A DNA stretch of 20,000 bases from an uncultured virus (IMG/VR IMGVR_UViG_2788500088_000017) (lineage: Duplodnaviria; Heunggongvirae; Uroviricota; Caudoviricetes), in the IMG/VR virus record IMGVR_UViG_2788500088_000017. One strand, given 5' to 3'. The notes under the pieces were generated by a model, which was not told the DNA's origin, made no database searches, and worked only from the letters and a program-made list of their open reading frames with translations. The translations under genes were made by a program, and so were the position numbers. Of this stretch, positions 1 to 8,212 are shown piece after piece; position 1 is the first letter of the stretch, and every line of letters begins with the position of its first letter.

Positions 1-154
1 CGGTTGTCTTTCCGAGACCGGGGCGACCCTCAAAGAGCAAGCAAAGGTTGCTATCACGCTCCCACTCGTCAAGGTAGAAGAGCGGGTTGTTCGGGTCATC
101 GTTGCCGATGTATTCGTCAGTTGTTGCTGGGATAAATTGTTTCAATTTTTTCAT
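1..154 (-). CDS. Clamp-loader (RFC-like) AAA+ ATPase, N-terminal 51 aa, runs off the window
   Basis: Not in the ORF track. Manual translation MKKLKQFIPATTDEYIGNDDPNNPLFYLDEWERDSNLCLLFEGRPGLGKTT shows the RFC-type PxTxxExIGN box, then LLFxGxPGxGKTT Walker A. AAGGAG RBS upstream. Confidence 0.8.
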   Translation of the reverse strand, partial: MKKLKQFIPATTDEYIGNDDPNNPLFYLDEWERDSNLCLLFEGRPGLGKTT

Positions 155-328
155 CTCCTTCGTGCCGATTTCACCTCATTTGGCGCGTCATATATAAAGG
201 GGTCAAAAATGACCCCTTGGTTTTATTGATAATCTCATTGTCTCATTTAACAAATAAAGATAGTAACCTTCTTTGTCTAAATTGATAATGAGATTATTGA
301 TAATGAGAACAGGCTTTGCGCCTATGCT
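155..328. promoter_or_regulatory. AT-rich intergenic control region (TATA-like box, hairpin, repeats); possible promoter and/or origin
   Basis: TTTATATA on the minus strand at 191-198. Perfect inverted repeat AAGGGGTCA-AAAA-TGACCCCTT at 197-218. ATTGATAAT three times (225, 281, 296). TCTCATT twice opposing AATGAGA twice. Confidence 0.55.
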
Positions 329-682
329 CTACTTTGACATATCAATCATGCCAATGATTTTTTCAATCTCTTCGTGCGTAGGCGCACGCCCTTTGTAGTC
401 CATCAGTTGAACCATTTTGTTCATGTTGTCAAGGTCTTTCACATGCTCCTTGACAGGCATGAGCAGGCGGATAAGCACCCAAATGCGTTCGGGTTTTTTG
501 ATGATGCGCGAATTGATACCTTTCGTAGAGAGCCACATGTTCAGCGCAGGTTCGTCCTTCATGCTGACCAGCACCCGTCGTTCCACCCGGTATCCGATTC
601 GTGTTTTTGGTGCGAAGTGAACGCTCAATTGAAAGCGACATTCTCGTGCGAGGAAGCCGAGGAAGAAGGCGTCCTCATCCAT
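329..682 (-). CDS. Single-motif LAGLIDADG-like protein, degenerate (117 aa)
   Basis: Start re-called to ATG 682 (GAGGTGG RBS, overlaps ligase-like stop). FFLGFLARECRFQLSVHFAPKTRIGYRVERRVLVSMKD follows the I-CreI-like pattern YLAGFxDGEGSFxIxI...GYxVxxxFxIxQKD. Confidence 0.55.
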   Translation of the reverse strand: MDEDAFFLGFLARECRFQLSVHFAPKTRIGYRVERRVLVSMKDEPALNMWLSTKGINSRIIKKPERIWVLIRLLMPVKEHVKDLDNMNKMVQLMDYKGRAPTHEEIEKIIGMIDMSK

Positions 683-2003
683 TCGTTCCACCTCGTTCAA
701 TGAGGTCGCCGATTTGAATTGCGTCGCTTTGTCCCAGCGTCGTGTCAAGTCGTGTGAGATACGGTGCGCGGAGCGTTTTCGTTTCGTGTTCGTAGCCGAG
801 TGAATGAAAAATGCCGACCAACCCTTCATCCACATCAAGCATGACCTGTGCGTCGTAGAGGCGCGCCAGCCTGTCGGGGATGTCGTCGGCTTTGACATAC
901 GCATAGCCCACGGGGAACAGGTCAAATCCGTCAAGCGCGGCCACCTTGATGCGGATGCCCTCGCCATCACGAAATCCTCCAAGTATCAGCAACGGTATGT
1001 CAAATGTTCTTCTCGGCACAATAAATCCTCCCACACACCCGCTATGGAAGTATGGACGGTCAGCATCAACGAGACGCAAGACTTCGTCTCTTCCCAAGGA
1101 CTGGACGAGCGCACGCAGATGAGCGCGGTCTTCAACCTTCTTCGGATTGGTGGCGCGCAACTCCCGACCTTTCATCCATAGGTCCGGTGCGTCCTCACGA
1201 TACAACCACTCAATGATGTTATTCTCACCGTCCATCTCGCAGACGCAATCCTCTTCGGGCAGACGCTCCGCGCACATCGGACCGGCCACCACCATACGCG
1301 CGGCTGAATCGTAACGGAAGACGGAGTCTCCCCTTCTGTGCGCGTAGTATCGTTTTCCTTTGATGATGTCGTAGTGAGTGTTCGTGAAGGGGACGGACCA
1401 TTTGTTCCATCGTGAGTAGTGCGGGGCCATGAATGGATAGGCCGGTTGGATAATGAAATCATGAGGGAGCGTTTCGTTCAACGCACGCTGGATGACATCT
1501 CCCGTCGGCATGATGGCGCGCATTTGTTGGAGGTGTTTTGTATCATAGCGTGTGAGAGACGCAACCGCTCGCATGATTCGTCGGTGGTTGATAACGGACT
1601 TGCCAAAAGCGAACCCCCAAAACACCATCGCACTCAATTGCGACATGGACTTGAATAGAATGTCAGCGTTGATTTCGCCGCGCAGTATCATTTCTTTGAA
1701 CTCAATGGCTTCCCGAACTGATATGGATTCGTTCACCTCCCGCGGCGATTCACTCGCAAGGAGTAAAGGCATTTCGTGTTCGTCCATCAAGGACTCATAC
1801 TCTTCGGGGAACAATCCGTAGGACTGCGCCAGCATTTTGACAACATGGTGGGGTTTGATTGAACCCCTTGGACTTGCGCAACATAAGGTTATGATGTCGT
1901 GTGCGCTATCGGCGTATCGTTTGAACAGGACGGTGAGATGACTTGCGTTGTTCGGTTCAGTTTGTGCGGCGTGAACCGCGCTCGCCAAATCCTCAAACCT
2001 CAT
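675..2003 (-). CDS. ATP-dependent DNA ligase-like protein, probably catalytically inactive
   Basis: Ligase layout in the expected order: N-terminal MRFEDLA, QPAYPFMAP, motif I-like DIIKGKRYYAH, III MDGE, IIIa IEWLY, IV EVLRLVDADRPY, TFDIPLLILGG, VI LRAPYLTRL. KxDG lysine is absent. Confidence 0.7.
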   Translation of the reverse strand: MRFEDLASAVHAAQTEPNNASHLTVLFKRYADSAHDIITLCCASPRGSIKPHHVVKMLAQSYGLFPEEYESLMDEHEMPLLLASESPREVNESISVREAIEFKEMILRGEINADILFKSMSQLSAMVFWGFAFGKSVINHRRIMRAVASLTRYDTKHLQQMRAIMPTGDVIQRALNETLPHDFIIQPAYPFMAPHYSRWNKWSVPFTNTHYDIIKGKRYYAHRRGDSVFRYDSAARMVVAGPMCAERLPEEDCVCEMDGENNIIEWLYREDAPDLWMKGRELRATNPKKVEDRAHLRALVQSLGRDEVLRLVDADRPYFHSGCVGGFIVPRRTFDIPLLILGGFRDGEGIRIKVAALDGFDLFPVGYAYVKADDIPDRLARLYDAQVMLDVDEGLVGIFHSLGYEHETKTLRAPYLTRLDTTLGQSDAIQIGDLIERGGTNG

Positions 2004-2650
2004 TCTTCCTCATCATCCCGAACTGCCTTAAAAATGAGGCCGCGCAGATGTGGAGGAACCAAGTCTCCATCAATATCGTGAGTCGTCATGATGATGATTC
2101 GTTCATCATTCAGCGCGACTTGAAACATACGGTCATCAGCGAGGGTGATGATTTCTTCACGCTCAAGAACAGGCATGCCTTTCCAAGAGAAGAAAAGTTC
2201 GTCTCCCGCAACGAGGTGATAATCCATTGGAGCCATCGTGACTTCGTGTGGTTTGTCGGGGTCGTCCGATTCGTGTCGGATAATAACACCCCATGTTTCG
2301 TTCTCGCTGTCTGCGAGAATCCACTCCGCGTTTTCAAGGTCAAAGTTCGTGAGAGGGATGCCCTCGTGTTCCCATTCTTGCGCGGCTTCCTGTGCCGCCC
2401 CTTGCGGGTCGTGAATGATTTCGGCGTCGGCGGCTGTGAACTCAATGTCAAGAGCGACGCACACTTTACCGATTCGGGTAAGCGGCAATAGCGAAGAGGG
2501 AGACGCGGACACCACATTGAGGTGAGTCTCACTTTCCTTCTTGAGAACAGCGTCGGCCACGCCCCATGTGTCTCCTACTTGCATTCGCGCGAAGTGGTCT
2601 TTCGTCCATCCGATGTCGTCTTCGCTTGGTTCCCACTCTTCTTCAATCAA
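2000..2650 (-). CDS. Acidic hypothetical protein (216 aa)
   Basis: Long ORF coupled at both ends (TTGA and ATGA overlaps), with RBS. Confidence 0.8.
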   Translation of the reverse strand: MIEEEWEPSEDDIGWTKDHFARMQVGDTWGVADAVLKKESETHLNVVSASPSSLLPLTRIGKVCVALDIEFTAADAEIIHDPQGAAQEAAQEWEHEGIPLTNFDLENAEWILADSENETWGVIIRHESDDPDKPHEVTMAPMDYHLVAGDELFFSWKGMPVLEREEIITLADDRMFQVALNDERIIIMTTHDIDGDLVPPHLRGLIFKAVRDDEEE

Positions 2651-2943
2651 ACTGACTCCCCCTTGAACCAGCGAAACTTGTTACAACAGCGCGCTGGAAT
2701 GAGAATGTGTTCGCGCTTCTTGGTGAAGAGAGCGATTTGGTGAGGGTCAATTTGGTCGCCGCATGTGCAAACGATGACATCGCCCAGCAGATGAGACGCG
2801 TAATCAAATCCTTCTATCTCGTATCCCTCTCCGTCGTCGGTCTCAATGTGAATACCTTCAATGGTTTCCTCGTCGCCGTTTGGTTTCAACAACCTGCCGT
2901 CCTCCGTAAAATTGGAAACGCGTATAGTAAATGTGCCGCCCAT
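2647..2943 (-). CDS. Hypothetical protein, possible Zn-binding (CxC...CC)
   Basis: Start re-called to ATG 2943 behind GGGGTGA RBS. Contains VCTCG and ARCCNK. Confidence 0.7.
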   Translation of the reverse strand: MGGTFTIRVSNFTEDGRLLKPNGDEETIEGIHIETDDGEGYEIEGFDYASHLLGDVIVCTCGDQIDPHQIALFTKKREHILIPARCCNKFRWFKGESV

Positions 2944-2969
2944 ATTCACCCCGACGCGGGAGAACCTAT

Positions 2970-3164
2970 TTATGCTTGCGGCATGAAAATGAACGATGCA
3001 TCCCACACTCCGTTGCCTTCAACGCAATGCACCTCGGCTTTGGCAAAGACACCGTAAGGGATGGTGCGGTAGATGAAGAGTTCCGAGGGGCGCGCATGTT
3101 TACGGCAAGGGCAAGGTGCGTAGGGGATGATGATAACATCAAGCGGTTCTTGGGCTGGAATCAT
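2970..3164 (-). CDS. Small hypothetical protein (64 aa, CPC/HC)
   Basis: ATGA overlap at 3161-3164, GAGGTG RBS, begins MIPAQEPLDVIII. Confidence 0.6.
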   Translation of the reverse strand: MIPAQEPLDVIIIPYAPCPCRKHARPSELFIYRTIPYGVFAKAEVHCVEGNGVWDASFIFMPQA

Positions 3165-3472
3165 AGGTGACACACCTCGTGCAGTTCGGGGAACCAATTT
3201 GGGTCCATCAAGTCTTTGTGGCTCATCGTTCCGTAGAACTTGTCCCATTGAAGCAACTCCCTGTTCTTGTTGCTCATCTGTCCAGCGATGAGTTTCAAGC
3301 GAATGAGTTGGACCATATCCGGTTTGTTGAAGAAGACGCGGCTCGCCTCTTCCCATGTAGATTGCATACAGAAGCATTGGAAGCAGTAGTCCGCGCTACG
3401 CTGAAGGTCCGAGTCCAGCCACACATTGGAGGGTTCGTCACATGCGAAGCAAAGGCTGTTCTCGCCCTTCAT
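3161..3472 (-). CDS. Zn-finger protein (CxxC...CxxC), 103 aa
   Basis: ATGA overlap at 3469-3472, GGAGG RBS, CFAC and CFQC pairs. Confidence 0.7.
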   Translation of the reverse strand: MKGENSLCFACDEPSNVWLDSDLQRSADYCFQCFCMQSTWEEASRVFFNKPDMVQLIRLKLIAGQMSNKNRELLQWDKFYGTMSHKDLMDPNWFPELHEVCHL

Positions 3473-3813
3473 TCTTCCTCCTCCTTGACGATGGCGATAG
3501 GTGTAGACTGACCGTAGGTTCTGTTGTAGTTGTTGATGCCGAGCGCGGTGGCATGTGTCATCATTTGAAACACATTGTATTCGCGGAAGGACGCAAGGTA
3601 GGCAAGCCCTTCTGCGTATTCGCGCTTTTCCAATTCTGCTTTGATGACGCACAACTTGAGGATTTCACGACGGATGGTGCGCAAATGTTTGAGTGCCACC
3701 TTCTTGAGTTTGTTGTCTCCAAGGTCGGAGATTTTCGCTTGGTGTCCGTCGTGCATCACGACTGTGAAGTCTGCGATGGGTAGTCGTGTGTATTCTTCTT
3801 CTGTTTCGGTCAT
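3469..3813 (-). CDS. Hypothetical protein (114 aa)
   Basis: Coupled by ATGA overlaps at both ends. Confidence 0.75.
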   Translation of the reverse strand: MTETEEEYTRLPIADFTVVMHDGHQAKISDLGDNKLKKVALKHLRTIRREILKLCVIKAELEKREYAEGLAYLASFREYNVFQMMTHATALGINNYNRTYGQSTPIAIVKEEEE

Positions 3814-5771
3814 ATTTTCATCTCTCCTGTCTTCAATTTTTTCAACAATGATTTGACAATTTGGTTTCGCGTCTTTGCCGAGTCGCCATCAAGAATGCGC
3901 TGGACGAGGTCGGCTTTGCTGGCAACCACTTGGTCAAACATTGAATCAATCGTGTCAATCGCCGACAAAACAACTTTGTGGCAGGTGGATTCTTCTTGCG
4001 TCATTCTGCGAACGCGCGCCGCGGCTTGCTGTTCCCATGCAGGGACCCACTCACGCTCAACGAAGAGCGTGGTGTTAGCGTGGTCAAGGTTGACACCTTC
4101 GCGCATGGCGTTGGTGGAACAGATGAGGAAGTCCACGCTTCCTTGTTGGAAGTGAAGGATGTTCTGCTGACGGTCAGCCTCGGATGTCTCGCCTGTGATG
4201 TAGCGCGTGCTTGGGAAGTCAGCGATGAGTTCGGAGTAAATCCCTTCAATGACATTCTTGTGGTGTGCAAAAATAACGAGTGGCTTGCCGCTGTTTTGTA
4301 AGTAAGTTGTTGCCCACTTGACTGCCGCGTCTGTCTTGAGAAGCCCTGCTTGGTGGCGCAGTTCAGTCATCATGTTGAGTGTGAAGCCCGCGTCTGTTGA
4401 ACCGAAGTTCTGCTGTTGGTCCACCCATGCCTGCATCCAAGAGTTGTGCGTGTTCTTGTAGGTCGTTTTCTGCTTGTCCGTCAACTCCACAGGAATGATG
4501 GTCTCAACCAACGAGGGCATTTCACCAGCAATGCGCGGGTCGTCCATTGAACGACGCAACATGAAGTCGCGCAGGATGTGATTCAACGGTGTGATTTGGC
4601 TGTCCCACGATTGGTCAATGTTAGACGCGCCGCTGAAATCCCAGCCGAAGTGCGTCTTCTTTGCGTTGCAGTATTTCTTGGCGAAGGTGAATGAGTTGGA
4701 GAAGGTAGCAGGGAGCATCATGTTGAGGACCGGGAAGAACTCAATGGGTCGGTTGGTGACCGGCGTTCCCGACAGCGCGATGATGCCTTCTTTGTAGGAG
4801 GCCAACGATAGCGCGGCTTTCGTGGTGGCCGCCTTTGGATTCTTGATGCGGTGAACCTCGTCAAAAATGATGCAGTCAAAGCCAATCGCTTGCAGTTGAG
4901 GAAGGCGCGCTTCCAAAATGTCGTAGTTGATGATGTGGAATCGTGCTGGTTTGATTTCTCCTTGCCGTCCTTTGATGATTTGATAGTCGCCGTTGAGCCA
5001 CTTGACAATCTCGTTCCCCCAATTGTGCTTGACAATGGCGGGACAGACGATGAGAACCTGCTGGTGTTGCGCGAACTCAACACAACCAAGGGCTTGAAGC
5101 GACTTGCCAAGCCCCATCTCGTCTGCGATGAGGATGCGGTTGCGTCCACCTGTGCGATACATGATGGGAGCGATGCGTTGGTAAGGTCGCATGTTCGTGT
5201 AGACGGGCCAGTCGGGAAGTTCAAGTTCGGTATCAACCGCGCTTGACAATTCCACCCGTTGCAGGGTAGCGGCGTGCGCCTTCTTCACTTCCTCGTTGTC
5301 CTCAATCGCGTCTGCGAGAGGTTCAAAGTGAGGGCGAACAGCGTTCGCAACAGCGATGGCGACAGCAACAGGAATCATCCATGACTTAGTGTTGCCCTGC
5401 CACTTGGCGGAACCAGCGGCGGCGTTTTTCATGGACGCGTTGATGTCCTTCCAGTTGGGTTGGAAGTCCCACTTGAGAATCAACTTGTCGGGTGCGGAAA
5501 ACACAGCAGTCGCGCTACCGACGGGCGTGTCAATAGCGGACTCATCGTATTCCAATCCTTCCACCGTGATGTCATGGTCGGCGAGGAAGGTGACGGCTTT
5601 CTCTATCACATCCGCGCGGTCTTGAATTGTCCAAAGACCCTTTGCGCCATTCCATGAGAATTGGGGCCAGCCCATGTGGGCTTTCATGTCGTCTTTCAAG
5701 TTGAATGGCACTTTGTTCAGCGCGATTCGTGGTCCGTAGTCATCCGTGTATCGTTCGTATGTTATGTTCAT
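3810..5771 (-). CDS. SNF2-family helicase/ATPase, SMARCAL1/HARP-like
   Basis: ILIADEMGLGKS (I), LIVCP (Ia), DEVH (II), LSGTP (III), FMLRR, EGVNL (V), QAAARVRR (VI). Two N-terminal WxxxxxxWxI repeats. Confidence 0.93.
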   Translation of the reverse strand: MNITYERYTDDYGPRIALNKVPFNLKDDMKAHMGWPQFSWNGAKGLWTIQDRADVIEKAVTFLADHDITVEGLEYDESAIDTPVGSATAVFSAPDKLILKWDFQPNWKDINASMKNAAAGSAKWQGNTKSWMIPVAVAIAVANAVRPHFEPLADAIEDNEEVKKAHAATLQRVELSSAVDTELELPDWPVYTNMRPYQRIAPIMYRTGGRNRILIADEMGLGKSLQALGCVEFAQHQQVLIVCPAIVKHNWGNEIVKWLNGDYQIIKGRQGEIKPARFHIINYDILEARLPQLQAIGFDCIIFDEVHRIKNPKAATTKAALSLASYKEGIIALSGTPVTNRPIEFFPVLNMMLPATFSNSFTFAKKYCNAKKTHFGWDFSGASNIDQSWDSQITPLNHILRDFMLRRSMDDPRIAGEMPSLVETIIPVELTDKQKTTYKNTHNSWMQAWVDQQQNFGSTDAGFTLNMMTELRHQAGLLKTDAAVKWATTYLQNSGKPLVIFAHHKNVIEGIYSELIADFPSTRYITGETSEADRQQNILHFQQGSVDFLICSTNAMREGVNLDHANTTLFVEREWVPAWEQQAAARVRRMTQEESTCHKVVLSAIDTIDSMFDQVVASKADLVQRILDGDSAKTRNQIVKSLLKKLKTGEMKI

Positions 5772-6226
5772 TCTTTCTCGCCTCCTACATATTCGGTGTA
5801 ATCCTTCATCGTTGACTCATTGCCAAAGAATGCACCATTGACCCAATCGTATGCTCTTTTGAGTTGTTCACGCAATCGCTTGACTTCCGCGAGCAGTAGT
5901 GGTGCGTCTACGATGAGGTTCATGTCGGCTCGCTTACGAGGCAACCTTCCACTTGAATGAGAGCAGTAAGTAAAACTCTCAAGAGGTGTGTCGGTTCTNT
6001 TTCCTGTTTGACAGTNGGATGAAAGGTCAAGGATGCGCTCATCCCAATTAAGAGCATCGTGAGTTTCAAGCGGCTCTCCTGTCTTTTCATCAACCGCCCA
6101 CCACAAATCATCGGGGTCGGGTTTTACATCATCGTGCAACGGGCAAAGAATCCAATCACCATCATTAAACTCATACCACACCCATTTGTTTTCTGTATGT
6201 CCTTCGTATTTGTCTGTGTCAATCAT
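5768..6226 (-). CDS. Phage-type hypothetical protein (YEGHT...LIxDAPLLLAEVKRLRE)
   Basis: Coupled ORF. HTxxxW N-terminus and DAPLLLAEVKRLR C-terminus resemble common small phage proteins. Visibly more AT-rich than neighbours. Confidence 0.7.
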   Translation of the reverse strand: MIDTDKYEGHTENKWVWYEFNDGDWILCPLHDDVKPDPDDLWWAVDEKTGEPLETHDALNWDERILDLSSXCQTGXRTDTPLESFTYCSHSSGRLPRKRADMNLIVDAPLLLAEVKRLREQLKRAYDWVNGAFFGNESTMKDYTEYVGGEKE

Positions 6227-6732
6227 TCTTCTTCACCTCGTCCGTAGTTGGAGGGAGCGTGGTCAGCCCAGCGCAGATGTTCGCGCGTCTTCTCGTAGTA
6301 GGCGTTGTTGGAGTCCAAGGTCTCCTGCTTGAAGACAATGTCAATCTCGCCGTCAATGTAGAAGTTGCCGAAGAGCGTTTGTTGTCCGTGNGTCATGGTT
6401 TTGTCAATCATGCCAGCCACCTCGTTGAGTCGCTTCATCATTTTGTCGTAGCCTGCGATGGTGTCCGGGCTTCTCAAGTCGGGCTTGCCCCACTTAATGG
6501 TAGCGGCGCGGGTGTAGCGGTAGAGCCAGCGTGCGTTCTCGGAACTCACAACAGCCCAGCGCACAAGAGAGTGATTCATCGGCTTGGTGTTCATCTCGGA
6601 AACATCGGCCCCTTCGTGTTGGAATGCGGAGACAAGGATTCGCGCGCCTTCGTAAGCGGCAGATTCGCAGTCAAGCCAGCAAAGACTATTCGCGCTCTTC
6701 ACAGGGTTTGGGTCAAGGACGAAGAAGGTCAT
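6223..6732 (-). CDS. Divergent paralog of the endonuclease V-like protein at 7667-8212
   Basis: MTFFVLDPNPVKSANSLC vs MNIFILHEDPTIAARMHC; NHSLVRWAVVSSENARW vs NHPCTRWVGDSHYNFLW. Confidence 0.7.
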   Translation of the reverse strand: MTFFVLDPNPVKSANSLCWLDCESAAYEGARILVSAFQHEGADVSEMNTKPMNHSLVRWAVVSSENARWLYRYTRAATIKWGKPDLRSPDTIAGYDKMMKRLNEVAGMIDKTMXHGQQTLFGNFYIDGEIDIVFKQETLDSNNAYYEKTREHLRWADHAPSNYGRGEEE

Positions 6733-7061
6733 TGCTCTTCCTCCTTGCTGTTGTGCGCGTCAAAGAATTGTTGCAGGGTGTAGTCATGTTCTTTGAAAGT
6801 GACCATGATGAGACCAGCCACTTCCTTCGGGTTGCCGCGCATGTGTTCACACCATGCACCGCTTCGTGAGCAGACGAGTCGGATGCCACCGACGCGCTCT
6901 TCTGTTTCGTCAATGGAATACTGAAAAGTCCACTTGAAACCTTGAAGGAAGCAAGCGGACAACTTTTGCAAAAGGACGGCGCGGTCTTCCATCTCTTGGG
7001 CTTGACGCACCATTTCGGCTTGCTGTTCTCGCAGTTGTTCCAATGCGTCTTCGGGGTTCAT
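6729..7061 (-). CDS. Hypothetical protein with N-terminal coiled coil
   Basis: Coupled ORF with an E/Q-rich helical start. Confidence 0.75.
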   Translation of the reverse strand: MNPEDALEQLREQQAEMVRQAQEMEDRAVLLQKLSACFLQGFKWTFQYSIDETEERVGGIRLVCSRSGAWCEHMRGNPKEVAGLIMVTFKEHDYTLQQFFDAHNSKEEEQ

Positions 7062-7339
7062 TGTTCACCACATCCTGCACACTCATATTCAGTATCTCTC
7101 CAAACATTGCACTTTTGGCATATTTCAAAACCACAGTCATTCAGTAAATCATGNCAGTCTCTTAGTTCCGATTTTAGTTCTTCTATTGCGCTGTTCGCAT
7201 CTTTCAATTGCTTTTCCAAAACAACAACAGGGTTATTTTCACTACCTGCCCAACCGCAACGGCCACAAGCATAGTAATCATCATCAACTTCATTCGCCAT
7301 TCGGCCACAGTCTTCTCCTTGACATTCTATTTGTTTCAT
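7058..7339 (-). CDS. Small double Zn-ribbon/coiled-coil protein
   Basis: CxxxxC, CGRC, coiled coil, CQKC, CAGC. AT-rich gene. Confidence 0.75.
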   Translation of the reverse strand: MKQIECQGEDCGRMANEVDDDYYACGRCGWAGSENNPVVVLEKQLKDANSAIEELKSELRDXHDLLNDCGFEICQKCNVWRDTEYECAGCGEQ

Positions 7340-7494
7340 TCTTCTTCACCTCGCGGTCGTAGTGCGTCCATTACTGATGACACATCGTTGCCGCTGATGT
7401 GTCCATCGCCAACATTGGAGAGCCAGTNGCGTATGAACTNCCAATGCGTTTCCAATTGTTCAACGCGGTCTTCCAATGTCTCTTGAGGACTCAT
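7336..7494 (-). CDS. 52-aa protein, DGHISGNDV paralog A
   Basis: Not in the track. MSPQETLEDRVEQLETHWXFIRXWLSNVGDGHISGNDVSSVMDALRPRGEEE, ATGA-coupled at both ends. Confidence 0.75.
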   Translation of the reverse strand: MSPQETLEDRVEQLETHWXFIRXWLSNVGDGHISGNDVSSVMDALRPRGEEE

Positions 7495-7568
7495 TGTTCA
7501 TCACCTTGTAGTGGTTTCAAAATGGTGTCCATCACTCTTAGCACATCGTTGCCGCTGATGTGTCCATC
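7381..7568. repeat. 27-bp perfect direct repeat (7381-7407 and 7542-7568)
   Basis: CACATCGTTGCCGCTGATGTGTCCATC occurs twice, encoding DGHISGNDV in both paralogs. Confidence 0.95.
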
Positions 7569-7670
7569 AGCAACCTCGTCAAGCCAAAAGCGTAGGGTTT
7601 CCCATTTGTTTTTCAACCGTTCGTTTTCTTCTGTCAGTCGGGCCTCGTTCATATTCGTTTGTCGGGTCAT
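7491..7670 (-). CDS. 59-aa protein, DGHISGNDV paralog B
   Basis: Not in the track. MTRQTNMNEARLTEENERLKNKWETLRFWLDEVADGHISGNDVLRVMDTILKPLQGDEQ, ATGA-coupled at both ends. Confidence 0.75.
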   Translation of the reverse strand: MTRQTNMNEARLTEENERLKNKWETLRFWLDEVADGHISGNDVLRVMDTILKPLQGDEQ

Positions 7671-8212
7671 TGTTTCACCTCATTGTTTACCCACCATGAA
7701 GGCGCGGGTGTGCCTTTTTCCCACCAAGGCGGAACGAGGGAATCCCCTCGCTTGAACCGCTTGGTGAAGTAGTATTCGCGGTATGCTTCAACCGCGGTGT
7801 ATTTCTGCTCGTCCATCAAGTGGTCGTTGCCATTGAAAGCGCGAGCGAAGGGCGTGAGTCCGCCCGAAGGAACGAGATAGTCCATCTCGGACATGTGGAG
7901 TAGCGCGTCGTGACAAGCGTGCCGCCTGCCGTATCGCTTGGTGTATTCTTCATAGAGTGCGAGGCCGTGTTCAACGGCCCACAAGAAGTTGTAGTGGCTA
8001 TCACCAACCCACCGGGTGCATGGATGGTTAGGGTAGCCGCCAATCCAAGGTGTGCCTTTGCTTGTAAGCGGCATCTCCTCGTCTCGCGCGCCGTGTCGTC
8101 GTAGTGCATCGCTGACTTCTTGCGTCAGTTCAAGGGGCATCTTCACCGCGTGTTTGTCACAATGCATTCGCGCGGCGATGGTTGGGTCTTCGTGTAGTAT
8201 GAAAATGTTCAT
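7667..8212 (-). CDS. Pyrimidine-dimer DNA glycosylase / T4 endonuclease V-like family protein
   Basis: Family signature MNIFxLxxDPxxAAxxHCDKHxxKMxLE, NHPCTxW, EYTxRYGxxH, TPFA, VEAYRxYY, PxWW. Confidence 0.8.
   Translation of the reverse strand: MNIFILHEDPTIAARMHCDKHAVKMPLELTQEVSDALRRHGARDEEMPLTSKGTPWIGGYPNHPCTRWVGDSHYNFLWAVEHGLALYEEYTKRYGRRHACHDALLHMSEMDYLVPSGGLTPFARAFNGNDHLMDEQKYTAVEAYREYYFTKRFKRGDSLVPPWWEKGTPAPSWWVNNEVKQ

Noticed and set aside
284..302. Fur-box-like GATAATGAGATTATTGATA
   Set aside because: Only about 13/19 match in AT-rich DNA with no iron-related gene nearby; better explained as part of the local repeat set.
683..982. Track-extended N-termini (also 3165-3377, 3473-3652, 14157-14474, 19535-19651)
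   Set aside because: They overlap upstream genes; internal ATGs with a proper RBS or coupling are better starts.
7381..7568. 27-bp repeat as att sites or a DGR template/variable pair
   Set aside because: No integrase or reverse transcriptase in the window and no adenine-specific differences; it lies in the same frame in two paralogs.
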